The notes below the pieces were generated by a model, which did not search any database, was not told where the DNA came from, and saw only the letters and a program-made list of their open reading frames with translations. Below, one piece after another: positions 29,421-39,668 of a stretch of DNA of 64,000 nucleotides. Position numbers and translations under genes: made by a program. The stretch's first letter is position 1. Each line of letters starts with the position of its first letter. Origin of the DNA: Candidatus Heimdallarchaeota archaeon (lineage in GTDB: Archaea; Asgardarchaeota; Heimdallarchaeia; JABLTI01); contig JABCTZ010000036.1 in assembly GCA_018238155.1 (NCBI GenBank), positions 224,001 to 288,000 on the forward strand, read 5' to 3'.

Positions 29421-30791
29421 ATGGCAGATGAATTTTTTCTTACGATAAATATTGCAATGACTATTTATGCAATTTTAGCGGCAATCATTTTTTGGTTCTC
29501 TTGGAGAAAAAGATCTGATATTCTTTTCATCTTTATAGGAGCTATTGTTTATTCAATAGGACATACTTTTCTTATCTTCAAGCATTTTAATGATTTCTTT
29601 TCTTTCATTGGAAATGGTGTTATTTTATTAGCTTTAATAATAGTGATTTTCGGAATAATAATTGACTATTGGAAATTAATTGTAAAATCAAGAAAGGAGA
29701 ATGTTATCTTTATCATTTCATTTGCAATAACAATTATTGTTGCCACAGTTTCAATAATACTATTCAATATTTTTCATCTTTTAGATATTTTGAATGCTAT
29801 TATGCTACCAATGATTGCTTTGCTTTCACTATCAATATATTTCATCACGAGAATTTATCAAAAAGAGCAAACAATAACAAGATTATCCACGACGTTTACT
29901 CTAATAACAGCTACATTAACGGCTAGTTCAGCAATATTGGCAGTCTATTTTGACTGGGGTCTTGCACTAAATATTATATTGAGCTTTATATTTCAAACAT
30001 TTATTATGATAATTGGTTTAGCTGCAATTGTAGAAGAAAGAATTACACATTCTGAGGAGAAATATCGACTATTAAGTGAGCAATTAGAAGAGAAAGTAAT
30101 CGATAGAACTAAACAACTAGAAACAGTGAACACTGAACTAGAAACTTTTTCATATTCTGTAAGTCACGATTTGCGTTCTCCTTTAAGGAGCATCAGTGGT
30201 TTTGCAAATATACTACAGAAAGAATTTGCTTTAGAACTTGGTGAAGAGGGAAGGAGCTATATTAAACGAATTATGGCTAATACTAATCGAATGAGTGAGC
30301 TAATTAATGATCTATTGGATCTAGCACATATTTCACGCTCTGATCTGTTCCCAGAAATGATTAATTTAAGTGAAATAGCTAATGAAATAATGACAAATTT
30401 AAAACAGATAAATCCTGGTCGCAATATTGATTTTGTAGTTGAAGAAGAAATGTTAGCAAAATGCGATGCAAAACTTATTCGTATTGTCCTGGAAAATCTT
30501 CTTAGTAATGCAGTTAAGTTTACAAAGAATATTGAATGTGCGAAAATATGTTTCGAAATGATAGAACAAGATAATGAAATAGCTTTTTCAATAAGAGATA
30601 ATGGTGTTGGTTTTGATATGGCTTATAATGAAAAACTATTTGGTTTATTTCAACGCCTTCACAGTTCAGAAGAATTTGAAGGGACAGGAGTTGGACTCGT
30701 GACTGTAAAACGAATTATCGACCGACATCTGGGTAAAATTTGGGCTGAAGCCAAAGTTGATGAAGGAGCTACTTTTTATTTCAGGCTTTAA
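29421..30791 (+). CDS. Membrane sensor histidine kinase
   Basis: About seven TM helices, H-box FSYSVSHDLRSPL, NLLSNAVKF, DNGVGF, GTGVGL. Track start 29412. Confidence 0.92.
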   Translation: MADEFFLTINIAMTIYAILAAIIFWFSWRKRSDILFIFIGAIVYSIGHTFLIFKHFNDFFSFIGNGVILLALIIVIFGIIIDYWKLIVKSRKENVIFIISFAITIIVATVSIILFNIFHLLDILNAIMLPMIALLSLSIYFITRIYQKEQTITRLSTTFTLITATLTASSAILAVYFDWGLALNIILSFIFQTFIMIIGLAAIVEERITHSEEKYRLLSEQLEEKVIDRTKQLETVNTELETFSYSVSHDLRSPLRSISGFANILQKEFALELGEEGRSYIKRIMANTNRMSELINDLLDLAHISRSDLFPEMINLSEIANEIMTNLKQINPGRNIDFVVEEEMLAKCDAKLIRIVLENLLSNAVKFTKNIECAKICFEMIEQDNEIAFSIRDNGVGFDMAYNEKLFGLFQRLHSSEEFEGTGVGLVTVKRIIDRHLGKIWAEAKVDEGATFYFRL

Positions 30792-30944
30792 TGATTTTTT
30801 GCATTTCTAACCTGAAGACGAAAAAAAGTAATAAAAGGACAGAAATTCAAATTCTGTGGTTGAGTTTATTCTGAATTTGTTCTAAATTCTATTCGATTAT
30901 TTTTTCACTGTCTTACTCATTCTCTCTCTTAAAATGAGTCATAA

Positions 30945-30978
30945 TATTCTTATATGATACTATTCTCATATGAGAATA
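30945..30978. promoter_or_regulatory. Tandem palindromic operator upstream of the PadR gene
   Basis: Perfect 18-bp palindrome TATTCTCATATGAGAATA (30961-30978), preceded by a 15/18 copy TATTCTTATATGATACTA (30945-30962). Confidence 0.7.
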
Positions 30979-31557
30979 ATGTTTGGTGGCGAAGAATTGA
31001 ACTCGAAAGAATTTATCATTTTATCTCTCATAAATGAAGAATCATCACATGCTTACATACTTGAGGAAAAAATAGAACAAAGAGGAATGAGAACTTGGAC
31101 AGAAATTGGTTTTTCCTCTATCTATCGAATTCTCAATAATCTTGAGAAGATGAAGTTTGTTAGTAGTGAGATTATTCAAGAAGATGGAGATGCACGAATA
31201 AAGAAGAGATATACAATAACAAAAAAGGGGCAAGAAGAGCTAAAGCAAGCTGTAAAACAAGCATTAGCTATTTCTGAGCGATGTAAATCTGATTTTGCTA
31301 TTGGTCTATCAAATATCTGGTTATTAAAGAAAGAAGAAGCACTGATTGCACTTGAACTATTTCTACAATCAATACACAAACGACGAGAAATAATGATCGA
31401 ACGCTGGAACCAGATTGGTGGACAAGGAAAAATACCTTTTCTAATCGATGCACTCTTTGAACATGGAGATGTAGTGAGCAAAGCCGAATTGCAATTTGTT
31501 GAGAGTTTAGTACAGAAAATAAAGAAGCATGGAATAACACATGTTATTAATAAATAG
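30970..31557 (+). CDS. PadR family transcriptional regulator
   Basis: ILSLI..HAYIL, IGFSSIYRILNNLEK, YTITKKG. The true start may be TTG 30997 after GGTGG. Confidence 0.9.
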   Translation: MRIMFGGEELNSKEFIILSLINEESSHAYILEEKIEQRGMRTWTEIGFSSIYRILNNLEKMKFVSSEIIQEDGDARIKKRYTITKKGQEELKQAVKQALAISERCKSDFAIGLSNIWLLKKEEALIALELFLQSIHKRREIMIERWNQIGGQGKIPFLIDALFEHGDVVSKAELQFVESLVQKIKKHGITHVINK

Positions 31558-31569
31558 GACTAACAAAAA

Positions 31570-32415
31570 ATGAGTAAACCGTTAATAATTGATACTCACG
31601 TACATACGTTTCCCAATGAAGAAGTTGGTAAACAAATACTTGAAGGCATCAAAGAACAAACAAGTGTTCCGTACTATTGCTATGGAACGATTGAAGAATT
31701 GCGAACGAATATGCAAGAATGTGGCATTTCTAAATCAGTAATGGTTAATTTTGCCCCTGTGAATTGGACCAAAGGGAACAATTTTTGGACTTGTGCTGTT
31801 GCAAAGGAAACTGATGATCTAGTGCCATTTATTAGCCCTCACCCAAGAATGAAAGGACGAAAACCTGTTGATGAGATCAAGCATAAATTACCTTGGGGTG
31901 CAAAAGGATTGAAGTTTCACCCTGAAGCACAAGAATTCTATCCACATGATAAAAAAATGCTGCCTATCTACGAATTTTGCCAAGAGAAAAATTTGCCTAT
32001 AGTGTTTCATTCAGGAAAGAATATTGATAGCGATGGTCATTTCTGTGAGCCACAATTATTTACTGAGGTTCTAACGGAGTTCCCCAAACTGACAATTGTT
32101 CTTGCTCATCTTGGTAGTGGTTTTTGGGATCAAACAAAAAAACTTGTTAATGAGTTTTCTAATGTCTTCTTTGATACCGCAATAGCTATCTCTGGAATTT
32201 ATGACCGCGATGAAAAAACACGAGAAAATTACCTATCGAATGAAGAAGCCGCTGACTTGATTGAAACAATTGGTGCTGATAGAATTATGTTTGGTTCTGA
32301 TTTCCCTTGGGTAAATCCTGCTTGGGATATTCAGCGTTTACAACAGTTACCAATAAATGAGAAAGATAAAATAAATATCCTCGGAAAGAATGCAGTAAGG
32401 ATATATAATCTATAA
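31570..32415 (+). CDS. Amidohydrolase_2 family metal-dependent hydrolase
   Basis: IDTHVH, GLKFHP, FHSG, LAHLG, FGSDFP. Confidence 0.9.
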   Translation: MSKPLIIDTHVHTFPNEEVGKQILEGIKEQTSVPYYCYGTIEELRTNMQECGISKSVMVNFAPVNWTKGNNFWTCAVAKETDDLVPFISPHPRMKGRKPVDEIKHKLPWGAKGLKFHPEAQEFYPHDKKMLPIYEFCQEKNLPIVFHSGKNIDSDGHFCEPQLFTEVLTEFPKLTIVLAHLGSGFWDQTKKLVNEFSNVFFDTAIAISGIYDRDEKTRENYLSNEEAADLIETIGADRIMFGSDFPWVNPAWDIQRLQQLPINEKDKINILGKNAVRIYNL

Positions 32416-32575
32416 TCAGTAGATTATCCTTTCTTCTCTCTTTATTTTCTTTCTTTTTTTTAAAACAACTTTATCTTAAAGATGAGAAAAAAAAATAAGC
32501 AAATCAATATACAATAGTTTAATTAATTAAAAAAATCCTTGTAAATTTATAATTTATTTGAGGTTGAAATTTATT

Positions 32576-35344
32576 ATGCAAAAATTTTACAAAAAATTGA
32601 TAGCATTAGGTATGCTCCTTTTCATAATACCGTTTTTCTATTTTCCGTTGAACAGCAAAGCTTTGAATCAAGATAATACATCCTTTATAATACAAAACAC
32701 AGATAGTTTTGTTGAAGATTTCACCAGTACTACATATAGAGATGGTGGCTCTACAGATGCTTTTGGATGGGGAATGGATACATTGACAAATAATAAGAAT
32801 TTGACAATGACAGCACTAGATTTTGAAGCCTCCTTAAACCCAATAAGATCAATTGATGTGCAAGGAAGAAAAGTATATGCAGTTCAATATAATCCTGCTT
32901 CAACAATGGAGTCATTGAATGTTTACAGCATAAACAATCCATCAAATATTTATCGAACAGGTTTTAGATCTTCATTGCAAAGACAGATGTCGATAGCTGT
33001 TTCAGGTGATTATCTCTTCGTAGGACGAGGTCCTACTGGACCTTATATTTCAACATATAATTACCAAGACCCATTCAGTATTGGTAGTCATCTAGGCAAT
33101 TTTGTTATAGATGGTACTCCATTAGATATAGAGATAAATGGATATCTTGTTTATTTCACTGTTTTTAATTCCATAAGTGGTTATTCACTTAGGGTTCTAA
33201 ATGCAGAAAATCCATCACTTTTTAATAATGTTATGCCTGCTTCATGGTCAGCAACTAATTTGTCTAAAGGAATAGCTATTGATGGTGATACTGCATACGT
33301 TGCAGCTCACACAGATGGTTTTTACATCGTTGATGTTTCAGATCAAAACAATTTTGTACAATTAGGTTGGACTGATACTCCTGGGGAAGCTACTGATGTT
33401 GTTATTGATGGAACTATTGCTTATGTTGCAGATGGCAATGCAGGTGTACAAATCATAGATATCAGTAATCCAGCTTCACCAGAAATCATTGCTACACATG
33501 ACACTTCTGGATATACACAAGAATTGGTTTTACAAGGGAACACTTTATTCATTGCTGATGGAGGTGGAGGAATTGTAATAGTTGATGTAGCAAATCCAGC
33601 ACATCCAGTATTCATTCCACAAATGCATTACCTCCCATATACATATGATGTTGATTTGTACGGAGGAGTGCTAGTGGTTGCAACTCAACTTGGCTTATAC
33701 ACATTCAGCTGTGGTCCAGGAATAACAAGAATCCAAAATGAAGTTTTTGCTAATCCATTCGATCAATTCAATGTTTTGGATGTAAGAGTAAAAGATGATA
33801 TTGCAATTTGTGTAGGCGGTGCAGATGGAATTTATACACTTAATGTCCGTGATCCAAATAACCCTATACTGCTCGATAGTCATATAGCAGCTTCTCCGGC
33901 ATTTTATCGAAAATTAGATGTTCAAGGAAACTTTGCTTATGTTACTGACTACGGAAGTGGTGGGGGTATTCGTGCTTATGATATAACTGATCCAAACAAT
34001 ATTGTACAAGCGGATTCTATTGGTCTTAATTATGCGTTAGATGTTGTTTTGTATGGAGATGTTGCTATTGTAGCTGATGGACCAGCTGGTATCTATATTA
34101 TGAACATAACAGATCCATATAATATGGTGTACTGGTGTTCTTTTACTGATATATTTAATAATGTAACAGCTGTTGATGTTCAATGTGGAAATCTATATGT
34201 AGTAGATGAAAATGGTGGTTTAATAACAAATAGTTTCTACGTTTTTGATATTACAGACATTGATGTCGAAGTATCAGTTGGAGCATATAGTGTAAACGCT
34301 GAATTTTTTGATATTTTTGTAGATGGAGATGTTGCATATACTTCTGATTTAGAAAGGATGTTACCTTTTAATATAACTGATCCAACTAATCCTTATTGGA
34401 CAACATGGACAAACAATGATTCATACGGAGTTTGGGGATTTGGTCCTTTTGCACTTAATGCTGCTGGTCAACATGGTGTTGATCTCGTGGATTGCACTGT
34501 TATGACTGCTAGTGATCCAACAATTTGTAGTTACCCCAATGCAACTGCTGCACTTCAGATAACAACATACGGTGATTACACTTACATAGCAAATACAACA
34601 AATCTTATTATTCTTCGTCACTTCGAAAGTCTTGCTGATACCTATGTTGCTGGGTCATCATTTGCACAATCATTAGAAGTAGATTCTACTGATTATTTGA
34701 TCTATAATGCTACTCTTACTCCAGATGATTATATACCATCATTAACAGCAATAAACTACTTTATGTCTGCAGATGGTGGAGTACACTGGGAAGCAGTAAC
34801 TCCAGGATTATTACATACTTTCCAAAATCCAGGAAACGATCTTCGATTCCACGTTGAGTTCTTTGGACCAAAATATGTAAGCCCTCAACTCTATGAAGTC
34901 AATTTGGTATACTTCTACAATGTAGAACCAGGTGCTCCAACACTTACTGATTTTGGAGATGTAGTTACTGTTACAGAATTGCATATCACATGGAATGCAA
35001 GTCTTGATGATTTTGGTATAGATCATTACCAATTACAAATGGCTAGTGATATCGGATTTAGTTCTATAGCTGATGAATATAATACTCCTACCTTATCACA
35101 AGATATAACCGGAATGGCGAATGGAAAATATTATTTCCGTGTTAGATCTGTGGATGTTTTTGGTCTCAATAGCGATTGGAGTAATACTGTTGAAGTCCAA
35201 ATTGAAATTCTAGTAACTAGTTCTCCTGGTATTATTTTTCCATGGTGGGCTTATGTCATCATAGGTTGTGGATTAGTGGCAATAATTCTCATAATAGTCA
35301 TTTCCGTTGTCATTTCTCGGAAAAAGAAGACTCTTACAAGATAA
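32576..35344 (+). CDS. LVIVD-repeat surface protein with FN3 domain and C-terminal TM anchor
   Basis: Many AYVADGxxGxxIIDISNP repeats, FN3-like YYFRVRSVD..SDWS, TM helix plus RKKK. Track start 32558. Confidence 0.85.
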   Translation: MQKFYKKLIALGMLLFIIPFFYFPLNSKALNQDNTSFIIQNTDSFVEDFTSTTYRDGGSTDAFGWGMDTLTNNKNLTMTALDFEASLNPIRSIDVQGRKVYAVQYNPASTMESLNVYSINNPSNIYRTGFRSSLQRQMSIAVSGDYLFVGRGPTGPYISTYNYQDPFSIGSHLGNFVIDGTPLDIEINGYLVYFTVFNSISGYSLRVLNAENPSLFNNVMPASWSATNLSKGIAIDGDTAYVAAHTDGFYIVDVSDQNNFVQLGWTDTPGEATDVVIDGTIAYVADGNAGVQIIDISNPASPEIIATHDTSGYTQELVLQGNTLFIADGGGGIVIVDVANPAHPVFIPQMHYLPYTYDVDLYGGVLVVATQLGLYTFSCGPGITRIQNEVFANPFDQFNVLDVRVKDDIAICVGGADGIYTLNVRDPNNPILLDSHIAASPAFYRKLDVQGNFAYVTDYGSGGGIRAYDITDPNNIVQADSIGLNYALDVVLYGDVAIVADGPAGIYIMNITDPYNMVYWCSFTDIFNNVTAVDVQCGNLYVVDENGGLITNSFYVFDITDIDVEVSVGAYSVNAEFFDIFVDGDVAYTSDLERMLPFNITDPTNPYWTTWTNNDSYGVWGFGPFALNAAGQHGVDLVDCTVMTASDPTICSYPNATAALQITTYGDYTYIANTTNLIILRHFESLADTYVAGSSFAQSLEVDSTDYLIYNATLTPDDYIPSLTAINYFMSADGGVHWEAVTPGLLHTFQNPGNDLRFHVEFFGPKYVSPQLYEVNLVYFYNVEPGAPTLTDFGDVVTVTELHITWNASLDDFGIDHYQLQMASDIGFSSIADEYNTPTLSQDITGMANGKYYFRVRSVDVFGLNSDWSNTVEVQIEILVTSSPGIIFPWWAYVIIGCGLVAIILIIVISVVISRKKKTLTR

Positions 35345-35346
35345 AA

Positions 35347-35388
35347 AGTGATGTTTAATATAGCATCACTCTTTTCTTCCTTTTTTTT
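35347..35388 (+). terminator. Hairpin plus pyrimidine/T tract
   Basis: AGTGATG...CATCACT directly after the stop codon, followed by a pyrimidine run ending in T8. Confidence 0.6.
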
Positions 35389-35515
35389 GTCAAGAACCCA
35401 TAAACCGTTCAAATTAACACTAAGAATATATTTATTCTAAGTTGTTAAATTTACTAGATATCAAGTAGATATTGTGTTTGATCTCAAGTTATATGCTTAC
35501 TTACGGTGATATGAG

Positions 35516-36799
35516 ATGGGTCATAAGAAAGGACAGGAGATGAACAGTTATTTCAAACTTCAACAAAGATTAGATAGAGCTCCTCAAGGTGCTCCTCTTT
35601 CTAAGTCATTATTTGATATTCTCCAAATATTGTTTACAGATGAAGAAGCAGAACTTGTTTCAGTACTTCCAATTAATTTTGTCACTAAAGAAAAAGCAGC
35701 AAAAATTTGGAATAAAACACCTAATGAAGCTGAAAAAATACTTGATACATTGGCAAGTAAAGGGTTGATGCTCGATGGTTGCCAAAAAGAAATGCGAACG
35801 TATATTTTAGCACCACCAATGGCTGGTTTCTTTGAATTTTCTCTTATGCGCACGGATGGAAAATTCGACCGTAAAATACTCTCTGAATTATATCACCAAT
35901 ATATAAATGAAGAAGATGATTTTCTTTTTGCTATTTTTGATACTCAAACACCGATAGATAGAGTTTTTGTGCAAGAAGAAACAATAAAAGAAGAAGATCA
36001 TTCTATTGTTTTAGATTATGAACGTGCAACTCAAGTAATAGAAACAGCGAGTTGTATTACCGTTGGTACTTGTTATTGCAGACACAAGATGGAACATCTG
36101 GGAAAAGCTTGTGAGCAACCACAGGAAGTTTGTCTTACATTCAATGGTGCAGCGAAGAGTTTGTCAAAACATGGTATAGCAAAAGAAATTAGTAAAGAAG
36201 AAGCACGAAAAATACTTGATCAATGTGTAGATGCCGGTTTAGTGCAAATAGGTGACAATGTTCGTGAAAGTGTTGCATGGATTTGCAATTGCTGTGGTTG
36301 CTGTTGTGAAGCGATAGTAGCATATAAGAAACTAGGATTCAGTCCTGAAATCTATAGCAATTTCACTCCAGAAATAATCTCAGAAGATTGTACTGGATGT
36401 GGAATTTGTGTTAAAAAATGTCCTGTGGACGCTATAACTCTAATAACAACTGTTGCTAATCGAAAAATTGCTCAAATAAATTACGACCGATGTTTTGGTT
36501 GTGGTGTATGTGCTCGAAGTTGTAATAAAAATGCAATACAAATGAATCGCAGAGAGGACTTAATGTATACACCCAAAGATGCTTTTAATCGAGGTGTACA
36601 CATGGCAATTGACCAAGGAAAATTACAAAACCTTCTCTTTGATAACCAACATCTATGGACTCATAAGATGCTTCAGAAGTTTGTAGGCATATTGCTAACC
36701 CTCGATCCAATCAAAGCTGCCTTAGCAGATAGGCAATTACAATCAAAGTTCATTACTTTTGCAAGAAGGATGCAGAGGTTTCGGAAAACAAAGCTGTAA
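35516..36799 (+). CDS. Multi-cluster 4Fe-4S protein (wHTH-like N-terminus, CNCCGCCC motif, 2x[4Fe-4S] ferredoxin domain)
   Basis: CYCR, CNCCGCCC, CTGCGICVKKCP, CFGCGVCARSC. Confidence 0.85.
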   Translation: MGHKKGQEMNSYFKLQQRLDRAPQGAPLSKSLFDILQILFTDEEAELVSVLPINFVTKEKAAKIWNKTPNEAEKILDTLASKGLMLDGCQKEMRTYILAPPMAGFFEFSLMRTDGKFDRKILSELYHQYINEEDDFLFAIFDTQTPIDRVFVQEETIKEEDHSIVLDYERATQVIETASCITVGTCYCRHKMEHLGKACEQPQEVCLTFNGAAKSLSKHGIAKEISKEEARKILDQCVDAGLVQIGDNVRESVAWICNCCGCCCEAIVAYKKLGFSPEIYSNFTPEIISEDCTGCGICVKKCPVDAITLITTVANRKIAQINYDRCFGCGVCARSCNKNAIQMNRREDLMYTPKDAFNRGVHMAIDQGKLQNLLFDNQHLWTHKMLQKFVGILLTLDPIKAALADRQLQSKFITFARRMQRFRKTKL

Positions 36800-37019
36800 A
36801 CATTGATTTTGAATATTCTTCTTATAAAAATAAAATGAAAGCTCTCTTTTTGAAAAATAAATTCTCTCAAAAGATATATAACCTATCAAACCATTTTCAC
36901 TACAAAAAAATCAGTAGTACATAAAATGAAGCAATAAAATAAAATAGGCAAAATCTTTTTATGTATACTAATTTAAATCAAAGAATTGATTTAGTCAAAA
37001 TCAAATAAGGCGATGCAAA

Positions 37020-37352
37020 TTGATTGACACTCAACCATTCACATTATGGATAGCATTAGGTCTAGTCCTTATCGCAGTCATTCTATTGTACCTACTGGGA
37101 AGACGAATCGCCCCTCGAAATCCCACACCAGCCAAGCAGAAAAGCTACGCATGCGGAGAAGACATGGAGGGCGGACAAGCACAATTTTACCCAAACGCAT
37201 TCATATTCGCAATCTACTTTACTATTTTTGACATCTTGGCATTCGTCCTTGCAACAGCAATGGTGACCCTGAATCAGGGTGTGGAATTTACAGCCATTCC
37301 AGCATTATTTGCCGGAATAGGTCTACTGGGAGTACTAACTCTCAGAAGGTGA
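37020..37352 (+). CDS. nuoA: NuoA-like membrane subunit
   Basis: Three TM helices, SYACGE loop, FTIFD. Confidence 0.8.
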   Translation: MIDTQPFTLWIALGLVLIAVILLYLLGRRIAPRNPTPAKQKSYACGEDMEGGQAQFYPNAFIFAIYFTIFDILAFVLATAMVTLNQGVEFTAIPALFAGIGLLGVLTLRR

Positions 37353-37361
37353 TTTTAAGCT

Positions 37362-37868
37362 ATGGTACTACAAAAAATAATTACCTGGGCAAGAGTAAAG
37401 TCGCCATGGATTATCCATGTTAACACCGGAGGATGCAATGGATGCGATATCGAAGTTGTCGACGTTCTTACGCCAAGATATGACGTCGAACGATTAGGAA
37501 TCCTTATCCAAGGATCCCCGAGACATGCGGATGTACTTATGGTGACCGGACCTGCAACACAGCAGATGAAAGATCGCTTAAAGCTTTTACATGAACAGAC
37601 ACCAGACCCAAAATTTGTTGTCGCTATTGGCGCTTGCGCCTGTAGTGGAGGTATTTTTAGACACTCATATATTCCTTGCTTAGGAATAGATACCGTTATA
37701 CCGGTTGATGTCTATATCCCTGGTTGTCCACCAAAGCCCGAAGCGATTATCTATGGCGTCGCTCAATTGTTAGCAAAACTTCAAGGTAAAGACTCCCCAG
37801 TCATTACTCCAAAGAAGATTGCCCTCAAAGATCTTAAACAATCGATCGAGGAGGATCTAGCAAAATGA
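37362..37868 (+). CDS. Group 4 [NiFe]-hydrogenase small subunit (NuoB-like)
   Basis: GGCNGCDIE (hydrogenase-type CxxC), SPRHAD, GACACSGG, PGCPP. Confidence 0.92.
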   Translation: MVLQKIITWARVKSPWIIHVNTGGCNGCDIEVVDVLTPRYDVERLGILIQGSPRHADVLMVTGPATQQMKDRLKLLHEQTPDPKFVVAIGACACSGGIFRHSYIPCLGIDTVIPVDVYIPGCPPKPEAIIYGVAQLLAKLQGKDSPVITPKKIALKDLKQSIEEDLAK

Positions 37869-38383
37869 GCAAGACACTACAAGATGAGCAGAAAATAGTT
37901 GACACTTTAAAAAGTCAATTTGGTAAGAAATTACTCGAGGCGAAGGTTCAGCGCGAACGAAGAATATTCGTTAAAGTTGCTAACCCCGACCATTTGGAGA
38001 TTTTCTCGTTTGCAATGAAAAAATGGAAAGCATGGTATTTGACAGCAGTATCTTCAATCGATAAACCTGATGGTACATTAGCTGCAGTATATCACTTTGA
38101 TATCCGTCCACCCTTCGGTGGTCAAGTAGCAATTTCTATGAATTTAATGATCGATTGCGAAAGCAGAGAAGAACCAAAACTTGCTTCATTATACAATCTT
38201 ATCAATGGCGCAGAATATTTCGAGCGCGAAGCACACGATTTGATGGGAATATTTTTCGAAGGAAATCCCAACTTAACCCGACTCATCTTACCTGATAGTT
38301 TCCCTGAAGGAGTTTATCCCCTGCGGAAAGATTTCCTTTTAGAGATACAGAAGGAAGAACAGGCAAAGAAGGAGAAAAAATGA
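37865..38383 (+). CDS. NuoC-like hydrogenase subunit
   Basis: EREAHDLMGIFFEGNP, YPLRKD. Confidence 0.9.
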   Translation: MSKTLQDEQKIVDTLKSQFGKKLLEAKVQRERRIFVKVANPDHLEIFSFAMKKWKAWYLTAVSSIDKPDGTLAAVYHFDIRPPFGGQVAISMNLMIDCESREEPKLASLYNLINGAEYFEREAHDLMGIFFEGNPNLTRLILPDSFPEGVYPLRKDFLLEIQKEEQAKKEKK

Positions 38384-38396
38384 GGTGATATGAACT

Positions 38397-39668
38397 ATGG
38401 CTGATAAAAAGAAAATAAAATTAGGATCACCCCAAACTGGCTGCAGCTCATGCATGCCTAATACTTTCGAAATACCTCTTGGACCTCAACATCCAGCTCT
38501 AAAAGAGCCAACCCACTTTCTATTAGAAGTGGAAGGTGAAATAATTGTTAATGCAACTCCAAGAATTGGCTACGTTCATCGAGGAATTGAAAAACTCGCT
38601 GAAACAAAAACATATTCTGCAAACCTAACACTCGTAGAACGTGTGTGTGGTATTTGTTCACATATTCATTCAATTTCCTTAGCAAATGCTGCAGAAGCGG
38701 CTCTCGCTTTAGAAGGATTTGAAGTGCCAATGCGCGCACAGTATATTAGAACAATCGTAGCAGAATTGGAACGTATTCATAGTCACATTCTTTGGTTAGG
38801 TGTAGCAGCTCATGAGATAGGGTTCGATACCTTATTTATGCTCTCTTGGAGAGATCGTGAACTAACAATGGACCTTTTAGAAGATATCTCTGGAAATAGA
38901 GTAAATTATGCTATGAACGAAATCGGCGGTTCAAGAAGAGATATGAGTCAAAGTCAAATTGATCGTATGTTCAAATATATGGACATTACAATTAAAAGGA
39001 TGGAACGATACAAAGATATCTGTCTAGCCGAAAATACCATTCGAATGAGAACAGAGAATGTAGGTATACTACTACCCTCAAAAGCTAGAGAATTATGCGC
39101 TTGTGGTCCAACTGCACGTGCATCCGGTATAGCTATCGATATTCGATATGATGATCCTTACTCTGCTTATGGAGAGTTTCGTGACATATTTAATGTCATA
39201 ACTTATGATACAAATGATGTATTCTCTCGAGTAGTTGTTCGTATCATTGAGACAATAGAAGCTTGTATATACATCAAATGGATGTTAAAGAATCTTCCAG
39301 ACGGACCAATATTCAAAAAAGCTCCAAGGAAAGTTCCAGAAGCGCAAATCTTGTCTCGAACCGAAGCACCAAGAGGTGAATTGATTCATTATCTTTGGTC
39401 AAACAATACCAACAAACCCTACAGGCTGAAAATAACAACACCAACACTTTCTAACATCAATTGTGTCCCTGAAATGATGAAAGGTGACTACTTAGCAGAT
39501 TCAACAATTACACTAGCATCTATTGACCCCTGTTTCAGCTGTGAAGACAGAATGATAACTGTGATAAACAAAGACCGAAGAAAAGCCAAGATAGAAACTT
39601 GGACTGAAAGCCAACTCAGAAAATACAGTAATGATTGGCACGCAACAAATAAAAGGTGGAAAAAGTGA
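38397..39668 (+). CDS. Group 4 [NiFe]-hydrogenase large subunit (NuoD-like)
   Basis: GPQHP, HRGIEK, L1 ERVCGICS, EAPRGE, L2 DPCFSCEDR followed by a C-terminal extension. Confidence 0.93.
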   Translation: MADKKKIKLGSPQTGCSSCMPNTFEIPLGPQHPALKEPTHFLLEVEGEIIVNATPRIGYVHRGIEKLAETKTYSANLTLVERVCGICSHIHSISLANAAEAALALEGFEVPMRAQYIRTIVAELERIHSHILWLGVAAHEIGFDTLFMLSWRDRELTMDLLEDISGNRVNYAMNEIGGSRRDMSQSQIDRMFKYMDITIKRMERYKDICLAENTIRMRTENVGILLPSKARELCACGPTARASGIAIDIRYDDPYSAYGEFRDIFNVITYDTNDVFSRVVVRIIETIEACIYIKWMLKNLPDGPIFKKAPRKVPEAQILSRTEAPRGELIHYLWSNNTNKPYRLKITTPTLSNINCVPEMMKGDYLADSTITLASIDPCFSCEDRMITVINKDRRKAKIETWTESQLRKYSNDWHATNKRWKK

